Shown in pieces: positions 28,383 to 37,799 of a DNA stretch of 64,000 nucleotides (within the stretch, counting starts at the first letter, position 1; each line of letters begins with the position of its first letter). This DNA is from Candidatus Parcubacteria bacterium (GTDB taxonomy: Bacteria; Patescibacteriota; Minisyncoccia; UBA6257; HR35): assembly GCA_025999335.1 (NCBI GenBank), contig AP024681.1, positions 3,414 through 67,413 of the forward strand, given 5' to 3'. The notes beneath the pieces are model-generated. The model was not told the origin of the DNA. It ran no database searches and saw only the letters and a program-made list of their open reading frames with translations. The translations under genes were made by a program, and so were the position numbers.

Positions 28383-30110
28383 ATGATAAACATAATAAAA
28401 TCAAACAAATTTACTTTCTCTTCTCTTTCTTTTGTAATTTTATTAATTATTTTCTTTATTCCCTCAACAAGCAATTCTCAACAATCTCAATATCAAGGTA
28501 AAATAGGTTCTTATCCTATTGTTATTGAAGCTTTTAATCTTTTAGATGATAATCAAACCATAAAAGGAAGATATAGGTATCAGAATAAAGATGTGTGGTT
28601 AATCTTAAAAGGAAAGATTGACTTAAAAAATAATTCTGTGTCTATAGATGAATACGATGAAAATAATGTTAAGACTGGAATATTTACGGGAGAATATGAT
28701 AAGAAATCAAACTCTATAAAACTAACAAGTTGGTCTAATCCTAAGAAAAAAACATCATTAAAAGTATATTTACCTTCTATAAATCTTATAAAAATTAGCA
28801 AACAAGAAAAAATATCAGGAGTAACAAATTTTCTTAAAACTGAAAAAATTTATACTATACCTAATGGTTATAAGTTAGTTGAGATAAAAATTTTAACAAG
28901 TTCAAAAAGATATGCATTATTATTAAAAACTCCAGAAGGAAAATATACAGTTGTCTTAGACGGCAAAGAAAGTAAGAAGTATGATGGTTTATATGGTTTC
29001 ACTTTCTCTCCTGATGGTCAACATTTTGCTTATATTGTCGGAGAAGATTGTATGTATTATAATGAATGCTCAAAATATTTTGTAGTCTTAGATGAAAAAG
29101 AAGGGAAAAAATATGATTATATTGATAAAAATAACCTCACTTTCTCTCCCAATGGTCAACATTTTGCTTATATCGCTAGAAAAGAAGGCAAAAGTTTTGT
29201 AATTTTAGACGGAAAAAGAAAAAAAAGTTATGATGATATTAATAACTTAACTTTCTCTCCTGATGGTCAACATTTTGCTTATATAGCTAGGGAAAAAGGT
29301 AAATATGCTGTGGTTTTAAACGGAAAAGAAAGCGAAAAATATGATATTGCTTATAATCTTATTTTCTCTCCTGATGGTCAACATTTTGCTTATGTCGCTA
29401 GAAAAGAAGGCAAAAGTTTTGTAATTTTAGACGGAAAAAGAAAAAAAAGTTATGATGATATTAATAACTTAACTTTCTCTCCTGATAGTCAACATTTTGC
29501 TTATGTCGCTGGAATCGGCAAAGATTGTGTATATATCCTTAACCTTTATGAATATCAATGTTTAAAATATTTTGTAGTTCTAGATGGTAAAGAAGGTGAA
29601 AAATATGATGGTATTTATAATTTTATCTTTTCCCCCAATGGTCAACATATTGCTTATATAGCTGGAGAAAATTGCAACATATATCTTAGACCTGAATACT
29701 GTTCTAAATATTTTATTGTCTTAGATAACAAAAAAAGCAGCAAAAAATATGAGTATGGTGACATAGATGAATCTAGTCTCAAATTTTCTCCTAACAGTCA
29801 ACATTTCGCTTATATAGCTAGAGAAAAACGTAAATATGCTGTGGTTTTAAACGGAAAAGAAAACGAAAAATATGATAGTGCTTATAATCTTATTTTCTCT
29901 CCTGATAGTCAACATTTTGCTTATATAGCTGGAAAAGATTGTATGTATTATAATGATAATGAATGTTCAAAATATTTTATAGTTTTAGATAACAAAGAAA
30001 GTGAGGAATATGATAAAATATATCAGTTTAATTTTCTTGAAAATAATAAAAACTTAATTTACTTTGTTTTAAAGAATAATGAGATTTGGAGAATTGTTGA
30101 AGAGTTGTGA
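28383..30110 (+). CDS. Secreted beta-propeller (PD40/WD40-like) repeat protein A
   Basis: Signal peptide; 8 FSP(D/N)xQH(F/I)AY repeats of ~37-50 aa. Confidence 0.8.
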   Translation: MINIIKSNKFTFSSLSFVILLIIFFIPSTSNSQQSQYQGKIGSYPIVIEAFNLLDDNQTIKGRYRYQNKDVWLILKGKIDLKNNSVSIDEYDENNVKTGIFTGEYDKKSNSIKLTSWSNPKKKTSLKVYLPSINLIKISKQEKISGVTNFLKTEKIYTIPNGYKLVEIKILTSSKRYALLLKTPEGKYTVVLDGKESKKYDGLYGFTFSPDGQHFAYIVGEDCMYYNECSKYFVVLDEKEGKKYDYIDKNNLTFSPNGQHFAYIARKEGKSFVILDGKRKKSYDDINNLTFSPDGQHFAYIAREKGKYAVVLNGKESEKYDIAYNLIFSPDGQHFAYVARKEGKSFVILDGKRKKSYDDINNLTFSPDSQHFAYVAGIGKDCVYILNLYEYQCLKYFVVLDGKEGEKYDGIYNFIFSPNGQHIAYIAGENCNIYLRPEYCSKYFIVLDNKKSSKKYEYGDIDESSLKFSPNSQHFAYIAREKRKYAVVLNGKENEKYDSAYNLIFSPDSQHFAYIAGKDCMYYNDNECSKYFIVLDNKESEEYDKIYQFNFLENNKNLIYFVLKNNEIWRIVEEL

Positions 30111-30802
30111 TTTTTTTCATATATTTTTTATAATAATAAAAAATGACATCAAGAAATTATACTCTTAGCTTGTTTACTCTCCTTCTTGTTATTATTGTTT
30201 CTATTTTCTTTTCTTTTCCGCAAAATACTTACTCTCAACAATCTCAATATCAAGGTAAAATAGGTTCTTATCCTATTGTTATTGAAGCTTTTAATCTTTT
30301 AGATGATAATCAAACCATAGAAGGAAGATATAGGTATCAGAATAAAGATGTGTGGTTAATCTTAAAAGGAAAGATTGACTTAAAAAATAATTCTGTGTCT
30401 ATAGATGAATACGATGAAAATAATGTTAAGACTGGAATATTTACGGGAGAATATGATAAGAAATCAAACTCTATAAAACTAACAAGTTGGTCTAATCCTA
30501 AGAAAAAAACATCATTAAAAGTATATTTACCTTCTATAAATCTTATAAAAATTAGCAAACAAGAAAAAATATCAGGAGTAACAAATTTTCTTAAAACTGA
30601 AAAAATTTATACTATACCTAATGGTTATAATTTAGTTGAGATAAAAATTTTAACAAGTTCAAAAAGATATGCATTATTATTAAAAACTCCAGAAGGAAAA
30701 TATACAGTTGTCTTAGACGGCAAAGAAAGTAAGAAGTATGATGGTTTATATGGTTTCACTTTCTCTCCTGATGGTCAACATTTTGCTTATATTGTCGGAG
30801 AA
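28476..30802 (+). repeat. 570-bp direct repeat (28476-29045 and 30233-30802)
   Basis: Near-identical by inspection (offset 1757), giving two amino-acid differences (K/E, K/N). Confidence 0.9.
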
Positions 30803-32450
30803 AATTGTAAAAAACAATATTCATATGATGAATGCTCAAAATATTTTGTAGTTTTAGATGAAAAAGAAGGGGAAAAATATGATGGTATTTATAATTTTAT
30901 CTTTTCCCCTAACAGTCAACATTTTGCTTATTTAGCTAAAGAAGATTGTAAAAAACAATATTCATATGATGAATGCTCAAAATATTTTGTAGTTTTAGAT
31001 AATAAAGAGGGAGAAAAATATAATTCTATTAGTAACCTCACTTTCTCTCCCAATAGTCAACATTTTATTTATAGCGCCATAAAAGAAGGAAAAAAAATTG
31101 TAATTCTCGATGGTAAAGAAGGAGAAAAATATGATTTTATTATTGACCCTATTTTTTCTCCTAATGGAGAACATCTCGCTTATATAGCCGGAAAAGATGA
31201 AAAATATTTTATTGTACTCGATGGAAAAGAAGGTAAAAAGTATGAATACGTTTCTAACTTTGGTTTCTCTCCTAATAGCCAACATCTTTTTTATATAGTT
31301 GGAGAACATTGTTTTATGAATCGTAAAGATTGCCCAGTTTCTTTTGTGGTCTTAGACAAAAAAGAAGGTAAGAAGTATGATAATATCTATAATATTATTT
31401 TCTCTCCTGATAGTCAACATTTTGCTTATATAGCTAGTAAAAAAGGAAAAGAAACTGTGGTTCTCGATGGGAAAGAAGGCAAAAAGTATGACGAAGTTCA
31501 CTTTTATACTTTCACTTTCTCTTCTAACAATCAAAATTTTGTTTATAGAGCTAAAAAAGAAGAAAAATACATTGTGGTTTTTAATGAAAAAGAAGGCAAG
31601 GAATATGAACAAGTTTATGATTTAATTTTATCTCCAGATTATAAACATTTTGCTTATATAGCCGGAGAAGATTGCAAAGAAACAGATCAATGTTCAAAAT
31701 ATTTCGTAGTGTTAGACGGAAAAGAAGAAAAAAGATATAATTATGTTTATAATTTAATTTTATCTCCAGATTATAAACATTTTGCTTATGCTATCAAGGA
31801 AAAAGAAGGATATTTCGTTATCTTAGATGGGGAAAAAAAGTAATAAGTATGATTATGTCTATAAGCTCACTTTCTCTCCTGATAGTCAACATTTTGCTTA
31901 TATAGCTAAAAAAGAAGGCAAAGATATTGTAGTTTTAGATGGTAAAGAAAGTAAAAAATATGACAATGTTTATGATTTTATATTTTCTCCTGATGGTCAA
32001 CATTTTGCTTATATAGCTAGTAAAGAAGGGAAAAATGTTGTAGTTTTAGATGGGGAAGAAGGAGAGCAATATGATAGTATTTATGATTTTGCATTCTCTC
32101 CTGATAGTAGACGTTTTATTTATAGAGCTCAGAAAGAAGAAAAAGAAATTGTAGTTATAAATAAAAAAGAAGGCAAAAAATATGATTATATTAACGAAGG
32201 TAGCTTCACTTTCTCTCCTGATGGTCAACATTTTGCTTATATAGCTGGAAAAGATTGTATATATTATAATGATAATGAATGTTCAAAATATTTTATAGTT
32301 TTAGATAACAAAGAAAGTGAGGAATATGATAAAATATATCAGTTTAATTTTCTTGAAAATAATAAAATCTTAATTTACTTTGCTTTAAAGAATAATGAGA
32401 TTTGGAGAATTGTTGAAGAGTTGTGATTTTTTTATATATTTTTGTATAAT
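29894..32450 (+). repeat. ~240-bp direct repeat (29894-~30135 and 32210-~32450)
   Basis: Shared last blades, stop codon and downstream T-rich/TATAAT sequence (offset 2316). Confidence 0.88.
30143..32426 (+). CDS. Secreted beta-propeller repeat protein B, frameshifted at G4A7 (31829-31839)
   Basis: 13 FSP-type repeats across ORFs 30143-31843 and 31827-32426; ends near-identical to gene A. Confidence 0.75.
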
Positions 32451-32513
32451 ATTATATTAATATTAAAATTTATTATTAGTTTTAAAAATTAATTAATATA
32501 AACATATAAAAAA

Positions 32514-33083
32514 ATGAAAAACACGAAAACAGTTATTGAGACAACTTTAGTACTAATTAAACCTGATGGCGTTATTAGAAAATTAGTTGGTGAAATTATT
32601 AGTAGATTTGAACGAGCTAATTTAGATATTGTCGGATTAGGAATAGTCCAACCTACATATCAATTAATAGATAGGCACTATCCCAAAGATAAAAAATGGA
32701 TAGAAAATTTAGGAAATAATCTTATAAAAACAGCTGAAGAATTAAAATTAAAAATAGATTTACAAAAAGATTACGGTGTTAAAGATATCTATAGCTTAGG
32801 ATTACAAATAAGAAAATGGTTAATTGATTTTATGACTTCTGGACCAATAGTTAAAATCGCCTTAAGAGGTCCGCAGGCAGTAAGCGTTGTTAGAAAATTA
32901 GTTGGCAAAACAGTTCCATTTATGGCTGAACCAGGAACAATCCGCGGTGATTTTTCTATTGACTCACCTATATTAGCTAATTTAGAAAAAAGACCTATTA
33001 AAAATTTAGTTCATGCATCTGGTAATATTGACGAAGCAAAAAAAGAATTAAGATTGTGGTTTAAAAATAAAGAACTTTTATAA
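32514..33083 (+). CDS. ndk: Nucleoside-diphosphate kinase
   Basis: TLVLIKPDG, PGTIRGDF and NLVHAS motifs. Confidence 0.95.
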   Translation: MKNTKTVIETTLVLIKPDGVIRKLVGEIISRFERANLDIVGLGIVQPTYQLIDRHYPKDKKWIENLGNNLIKTAEELKLKIDLQKDYGVKDIYSLGLQIRKWLIDFMTSGPIVKIALRGPQAVSVVRKLVGKTVPFMAEPGTIRGDFSIDSPILANLEKRPIKNLVHASGNIDEAKKELRLWFKNKELL

Positions 33084-33191
33084 AAATTTTTGATATAATA
33101 TAAATAATATTAAAATTAATCAATAAATGTTATAATCTAAATTTGCAAGTCGTTAATAATTTGATGAACCAAAAAAACATAATCAAAAATA

Positions 33192-33398
33192 ATGGTAGTT
33201 CCAACGAAAAAATTATCAAAGAGTAAATATAAGAAAAGAAGATTTCAAAAAGCTAATTTAAAACCACTTGCCTTACAAAAGTGTAGCAATTGTCAAGCTT
33301 TGATTTTAAGTCATCGTATTTGCCCTGATTGTGGTTTTTATAAAGGCAAATTTGTTATCTCCTTAAAGAAAAATAAAAAAAAGACAAAAGAAAATTAA
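33192..33398 (+). CDS. rpmF: 50S ribosomal protein L32
   Basis: MVVPTKKLSK...CSNC...HRICPDCGFYKG pattern. Confidence 0.95.
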   Translation: MVVPTKKLSKSKYKKRRFQKANLKPLALQKCSNCQALILSHRICPDCGFYKGKFVISLKKNKKKTKEN

Positions 33399-33453
33399 TG
33401 CAGACATTAAAGATTAAATAATTCAATAATTCAATTATCTATTTTAAAAATAA

Positions 33454-33897
33454 ATGAGCACTCGACATTTATGTAGAATTATAGTATTACAGTCATTATA
33501 CGAATGGAGTTTTTGGGGACAACCAGCTGAAAAGTGGAAAGAAATATTTTATAAAAATCTAAAAGAATTTGGCAATGATATAGATGAAGTAGATTTTGCT
33601 GAAAAATTAATAAAAGGTGTTGTTGAAAATATTAATTTCTTAGATGAAATTATAAAACGAAACACTAAACACTGGCCCTATGAACAAATACCCTTATTAG
33701 AAAAAAACATTTTAAGAATAGCTATATATGAAATTTATTTTCAAAATCATAACGAAGTTCCTTTAAAAGTAAGCATCAACGAAGCAATTATTTTAGCTAA
33801 AAGTTTTATTAGCGATATATCGGCTAAATTTATTAATGGCGTTTTAGGTTCTGTTTACGAAGAATATGTCAATAGCAAAGAATCTATTAAAAGTTAA
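33454..33897 (+). CDS. nusB: Transcription antitermination factor NusB
   Basis: ILRIAIYE, VSINEAI and KFINGVLG motifs. Confidence 0.95.
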   Translation: MSTRHLCRIIVLQSLYEWSFWGQPAEKWKEIFYKNLKEFGNDIDEVDFAEKLIKGVVENINFLDEIIKRNTKHWPYEQIPLLEKNILRIAIYEIYFQNHNEVPLKVSINEAIILAKSFISDISAKFINGVLGSVYEEYVNSKESIKS

Positions 33898-34564
33898 AAT
33901 AATAGAAAAAAGTTTGGGCATTCAAATTAAAAATGAAAATATATGGCTTGAAGCGATAACTCATAAATCATGGCTCTTTTTTCATCCAAAAATTAAAATT
34001 CCCAATAACGAAAGATTAGAATTTTTAGGCGATGCTTTATTGCAAACAATAACTTCGCTATTTTTATATAATAATTTTACCGACTTAGATGAAGGAGATT
34101 TAACACTTATAAGAAGTAAGTTAGTTAATAGACAACGCCTTGGTGAAATTGCTGAAAAATTAGGAATTGATAAATTTATGTTGGTAAGCAATAACTTAGA
34201 TAAAAAAGGAAAAAAAACAATTCTAGGTAATACTCTTGAAGCCATAATCGGGGCTTTATTTTTAGATCAGGGCTGGGAAGCAACCAAAAAATTTGTTGAA
34301 GAGAAAATTCTTAACAAAGCACAAGAAATTGTTGATAAACACTCTTACAAAGATCCTAAATCATTCTTGCAAGAAATTACCCAAGCAAAATTTGGAAAAT
34401 TACCTATATATCGTCTTAAAGATATTTCTGGACCCGCGCATAAGCGTAAATTTAAAACAGAAGTGTATTTAGATGATCAACTAATAGGCGAGGGAGAAGG
34501 TGATTCAAAACAAGCTTCGGAATTTAAAGCAGCTTTAAATAGTATTAAAAAAATTAAACTATAA
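33866..34564 (+). CDS. rnc: Ribonuclease III
   Basis: NERLEFLGDA signature; dsRBD (DPKSFLQE, GPAH). Confidence 0.96.
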   Translation: MSIAKNLLKVKIIEKSLGIQIKNENIWLEAITHKSWLFFHPKIKIPNNERLEFLGDALLQTITSLFLYNNFTDLDEGDLTLIRSKLVNRQRLGEIAEKLGIDKFMLVSNNLDKKGKKTILGNTLEAIIGALFLDQGWEATKKFVEEKILNKAQEIVDKHSYKDPKSFLQEITQAKFGKLPIYRLKDISGPAHKRKFKTEVYLDDQLIGEGEGDSKQASEFKAALNSIKKIKL

Positions 34565-34591
34565 ATCAACAATTTTATTGTTTTTTTATTT

Positions 34592-36067
34592 TTATTTTAC
34601 CCAATATTTTTTCTTTAAATTTTCTTCAGCTTGTTCTTCGATTGCTTCTATTTTTTCTTCGCCTTTTTCAGCCAATGATTTTAAAGTAGTATCATCGAGG
34701 TCTTTTAATTCTTTAGCTCGCTGATATAAAAATTCGAAATTATTATTTTGAGGATTATCAATAACTTCTTCTAATAAAATTTTTAAAATCCAACCTATTT
34801 TAGGTCCTTGAGGAATGCCCAAATTCAATAAATCTTGTCCTTTAAGCTTCAAAAGAGTGGGCTTAATAGGTTCTAATTTAACTTTTTCAACAAGAAATTT
34901 TAAATAACGTAAACGATAGGGAACAGCTTTAGGCACGCCAGAACCTATGCGATCAGCTTCTCTTAATTTAAAAAGATCATCTAAATTTTCATCGCCAACT
35001 CTCCGAATAAAACGCCTAACTGCCGCTGGTGTTACTTTATCAATTTCTAAATAAAACATATGATGACGAACTAAGTGGCTAACTTTTTTTATAAGATTTT
35101 TATCATAACGAAATCTTTCCATTAGTTTTTTAGTTATTTTAGCGCCAACAATCTCATGATTATAAAAAGTACACTCAGGACCTTCGCCTTGCTTTGTCAT
35201 TGGCTTGCCGATATCATGAAATAAAGCTGCTAATCTTAAATGCAAGGGCCATTTTTTTTGCACCGCATATTCGCATGATTTTAAATTATGTGTATAAACA
35301 TCGTAAATATGATGTTTGTTTTGACTAACCTTATAACCTTGATATAACTCAGGCAATATTTCTATCAGTAAATTTGTCTCTCGAAGTAATTCTATGCCTT
35401 TAATAGCCTGATTACTCATAATTATCTTATTAAACTCATCGCGAATTCTTTCATAAGCTATATACTGGATAAAATTAGCACATTTACTGATTGCTTCTAA
35501 GGTTTGCTTGTCAATAGTAAAATCTAATTCACAACTAAAACGAATAGCTCTAATAAGACGCAAAGCATCTTCTCTAAATCTCTCTTCTGGATCGCCAACT
35601 GTTTTAATAATTTTAGATTGTAAGTCCTGTAAACCATTAAAATGATCAATTAATTCTAAGTCATTATTCAAAGCTAAAGCATTAATAGTAAAATCGCGTC
35701 TCTTTAAATCGTCTTTCAAGGTGGAAACAAATTTAACAATATCAGGCCTTCTAAAATCAGAATATTTTTCTTCCATTCTAAAAGTAGTAACCTCAATTAC
35801 TTTTAACGAATCATCCTCACTATCAGTTTTAATGCCAACAGTTCCAAATCTATTTTCATAAAAAGCCTGCTCGGGAAAAATTCTTAAAATATCTTGAGGC
35901 AAAGCATTAGTAGTAATATCCCAATCCTTAGGTATTTTATTTAAAAGAAGATCTCTCACGCAACCACCAACAAGATAAGCTTCATAACCATTATCTATTA
36001 TTTTTTTGAGTATTGATAAAACGATAGAGGGGATTTTATTTTTATTAACTCTTAATATTTTAGACAT
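34592..36067 (-). CDS. cca: CCA tRNA nucleotidyltransferase with HD domain
   Basis: VGGCVRD, DWDITT, RRDFTINA, EDALRLIR and FHDIGK motifs. Confidence 0.92.
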   Translation of the reverse strand: MSKILRVNKNKIPSIVLSILKKIIDNGYEAYLVGGCVRDLLLNKIPKDWDITTNALPQDILRIFPEQAFYENRFGTVGIKTDSEDDSLKVIEVTTFRMEEKYSDFRRPDIVKFVSTLKDDLKRRDFTINALALNNDLELIDHFNGLQDLQSKIIKTVGDPEERFREDALRLIRAIRFSCELDFTIDKQTLEAISKCANFIQYIAYERIRDEFNKIIMSNQAIKGIELLRETNLLIEILPELYQGYKVSQNKHHIYDVYTHNLKSCEYAVQKKWPLHLRLAALFHDIGKPMTKQGEGPECTFYNHEIVGAKITKKLMERFRYDKNLIKKVSHLVRHHMFYLEIDKVTPAAVRRFIRRVGDENLDDLFKLREADRIGSGVPKAVPYRLRYLKFLVEKVKLEPIKPTLLKLKGQDLLNLGIPQGPKIGWILKILLEEVIDNPQNNNFEFLYQRAKELKDLDDTTLKSLAEKGEEKIEAIEEQAEENLKKKYWVK

Positions 36068-36078
36068 TATATTTAAGG

Positions 36079-36149
36079 AGCGGGATACGGGAATTGAACC
36101 CGCATCTTCGCCTTGGGAAGGCGATGTATTACCGTTATACTAATCCCGC
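36079..36149 (-). tRNA. tRNA-Gly(CCC)
   Basis: Reverse strand GCGGGAT...TCGCC TTCCCAA GGCGA...GGTTCAATTCC...ATCCCGCT. Confidence 0.93.
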
Positions 36150-36330
36150 TTTGTTAATTTTCTTACTAACTAAACAAAATATATTATATCATACCATAAA
36201 TTAATCTATAAAATTTTTAAAAAGTAATTAAAATAAAACAAAATTAATTGATAATTTAAATAACTTTATTTTAGATAATCTAATTTATATAGTTTATATA
36301 GTATAATTAAAATAATTATAGTAAAAAAAT

Positions 36331-37491
36331 ATGCCCACACCACGCTCTCTTTATCCATTTGAATTTCCAAAGCAAAAAAGGGATAAATTGATTGAAGAAT
36401 TAAAAGAATATCGCGGCTTAAAAACAAAATTAACTTTTTCATTTCCTTTAAATAGAACAAGAAAAGAAATCTTAAAAATGATTGCTGAAGGAAAAATAAA
36501 AGAGGAAATTATAATTAAACTTTTACAAAGTTCAGATTTTATAGAAAAAAAGATCGGATTATTTTTATTAAAACAACCCCATTCTTTTTCTAATAAAGGT
36601 TACCCAAAAATAATTTCAATTTTAGAAAAAATGAAAGACGATGAAGATATGTATGTTAGAGCAGCGGTTGCCGAAGCCCTTGGTAATTTAGGCAAAAAAG
36701 GTTTGTCAATCTTAAAAAAAATGAAAAATGACGAAGAGTGGTATGTCCGGATTGCAGTTTCTAAGGCTCTAGGTAATTTCAAGAAAAAAAAATTACCGTT
36801 TTTAGAAAGAATAATACAAGATAAAGATTTAGATATCCCTGCAGAGCTTGGCGAAATGTTTAATGATTTAATTAAAAAATTTTTATTAATTTTTAAAAAA
36901 GAAAAAGGATACAAATGGCTTTTAGCTTCTCAAAAACCCCTATTTGCTACTGTTTTTACAAGAGAACTAGCAGAAAGAATTTTAAAGATCCAAAAAATAG
37001 TTGAAAAATTAAAGAAAGAATTTAAAGATGAATTTATTGGTATTATTGTATTTGGAAGTACTCATAAAGGCTATTTTATGCCAGGAAGTGATTTGGATTG
37101 GGCAATTATTACTCAAAATCCAAAATGTGCTGAAGAATTTAAAAAAATATCTAAAAGTGAAAATCTTGATTTATGCTATGAACATAAAATTATTGTTAAC
37201 AAAGAATATCAATTAGATAATTTTTCTATTTTTTTAGCTGTAGTTTTATTTCAAGGTCTTTTTTGGGGCGATTATGAAAAACTTAAAAAAATCCAAAGTA
37301 ATTTTTTAAAAAACATTGATGAGAAAAAGTGGGATAAGATTAGAAGAAGAATTATGGAGAACGAAACAAAACTATCAAAAGCAGCAGAAAGACTTAATTT
37401 AAAAAAAGATGAAATAGAAAGAATAGAATTAGCTAGCTCTATTTTACGAGTTCCGCCTTCTTATAAAGAAGCTTTAGAATTGTTTAAATAA
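36331..37491 (+). CDS. HEAT-repeat + Pol-beta-type nucleotidyltransferase fusion protein
   Basis: Two DEDMYVRAAVAEALG-type HEAT/PBS repeats; GIIVFGS...GSDLDW nucleotidyltransferase motif. Confidence 0.7.
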   Translation: MPTPRSLYPFEFPKQKRDKLIEELKEYRGLKTKLTFSFPLNRTRKEILKMIAEGKIKEEIIIKLLQSSDFIEKKIGLFLLKQPHSFSNKGYPKIISILEKMKDDEDMYVRAAVAEALGNLGKKGLSILKKMKNDEEWYVRIAVSKALGNFKKKKLPFLERIIQDKDLDIPAELGEMFNDLIKKFLLIFKKEKGYKWLLASQKPLFATVFTRELAERILKIQKIVEKLKKEFKDEFIGIIVFGSTHKGYFMPGSDLDWAIITQNPKCAEEFKKISKSENLDLCYEHKIIVNKEYQLDNFSIFLAVVLFQGLFWGDYEKLKKIQSNFLKNIDEKKWDKIRRRIMENETKLSKAAERLNLKKDEIERIELASSILRVPPSYKEALELFK

Positions 37492-37571
37492 TTTATTTAT
37501 TTTTAATAAATGGTTTAGCAAAGAAATAAACATAAACACTTGGTATATTAAATGGTATATTAAAATATAGT

Positions 37572-37609
37572 TTTTAAGTTCGCAAAAGAATTATTTTGCG
37601 AACTTAAAA
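37572..37609. terminator. 16-bp perfect inverted repeat, possible bidirectional terminator
   Basis: TTTTAAGTTCGCAAAA-gaatta-TTTTGCGAACTTAAAA, downstream of the 36331-37491 gene. Confidence 0.6.
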
Positions 37610-37799
37610 TAAATTAATTTATAAATTTAATCAACTAATCTTAATAACAAAATTTATGGCTTTAATTTTTTCAATTTAATTTTATTCATCGTCGCCCTTC
37701 TCTCTGTTTAAACAATTATTTCGTTTATATTATTTATGTATAACTTTTAAGAAAATATTTATTTTATTTTGATAAAATATTATTAAAACTAAAATAACA

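Noticed and set aside
28960-32260. Regularly spaced ~30-bp repeats resembling a CRISPR array
   Set aside because: The repeats are in frame within long ORFs, the spacers are ~80-120 bp and homologous to one another, and there are no cas genes. They are coding propeller repeats.
28383-32426. Diversity-generating retroelement (TR/VR pair)
   Set aside because: No reverse transcriptase in the window, and the variation involves loop length and unit order rather than adenine-specific substitutions.
37572-37609. Hairpin containing GTTCGC/GCGAAC as another copy of the periodic element
   Set aside because: Single unit per arm and opposite arm order; better explained as a terminator-like hairpin.
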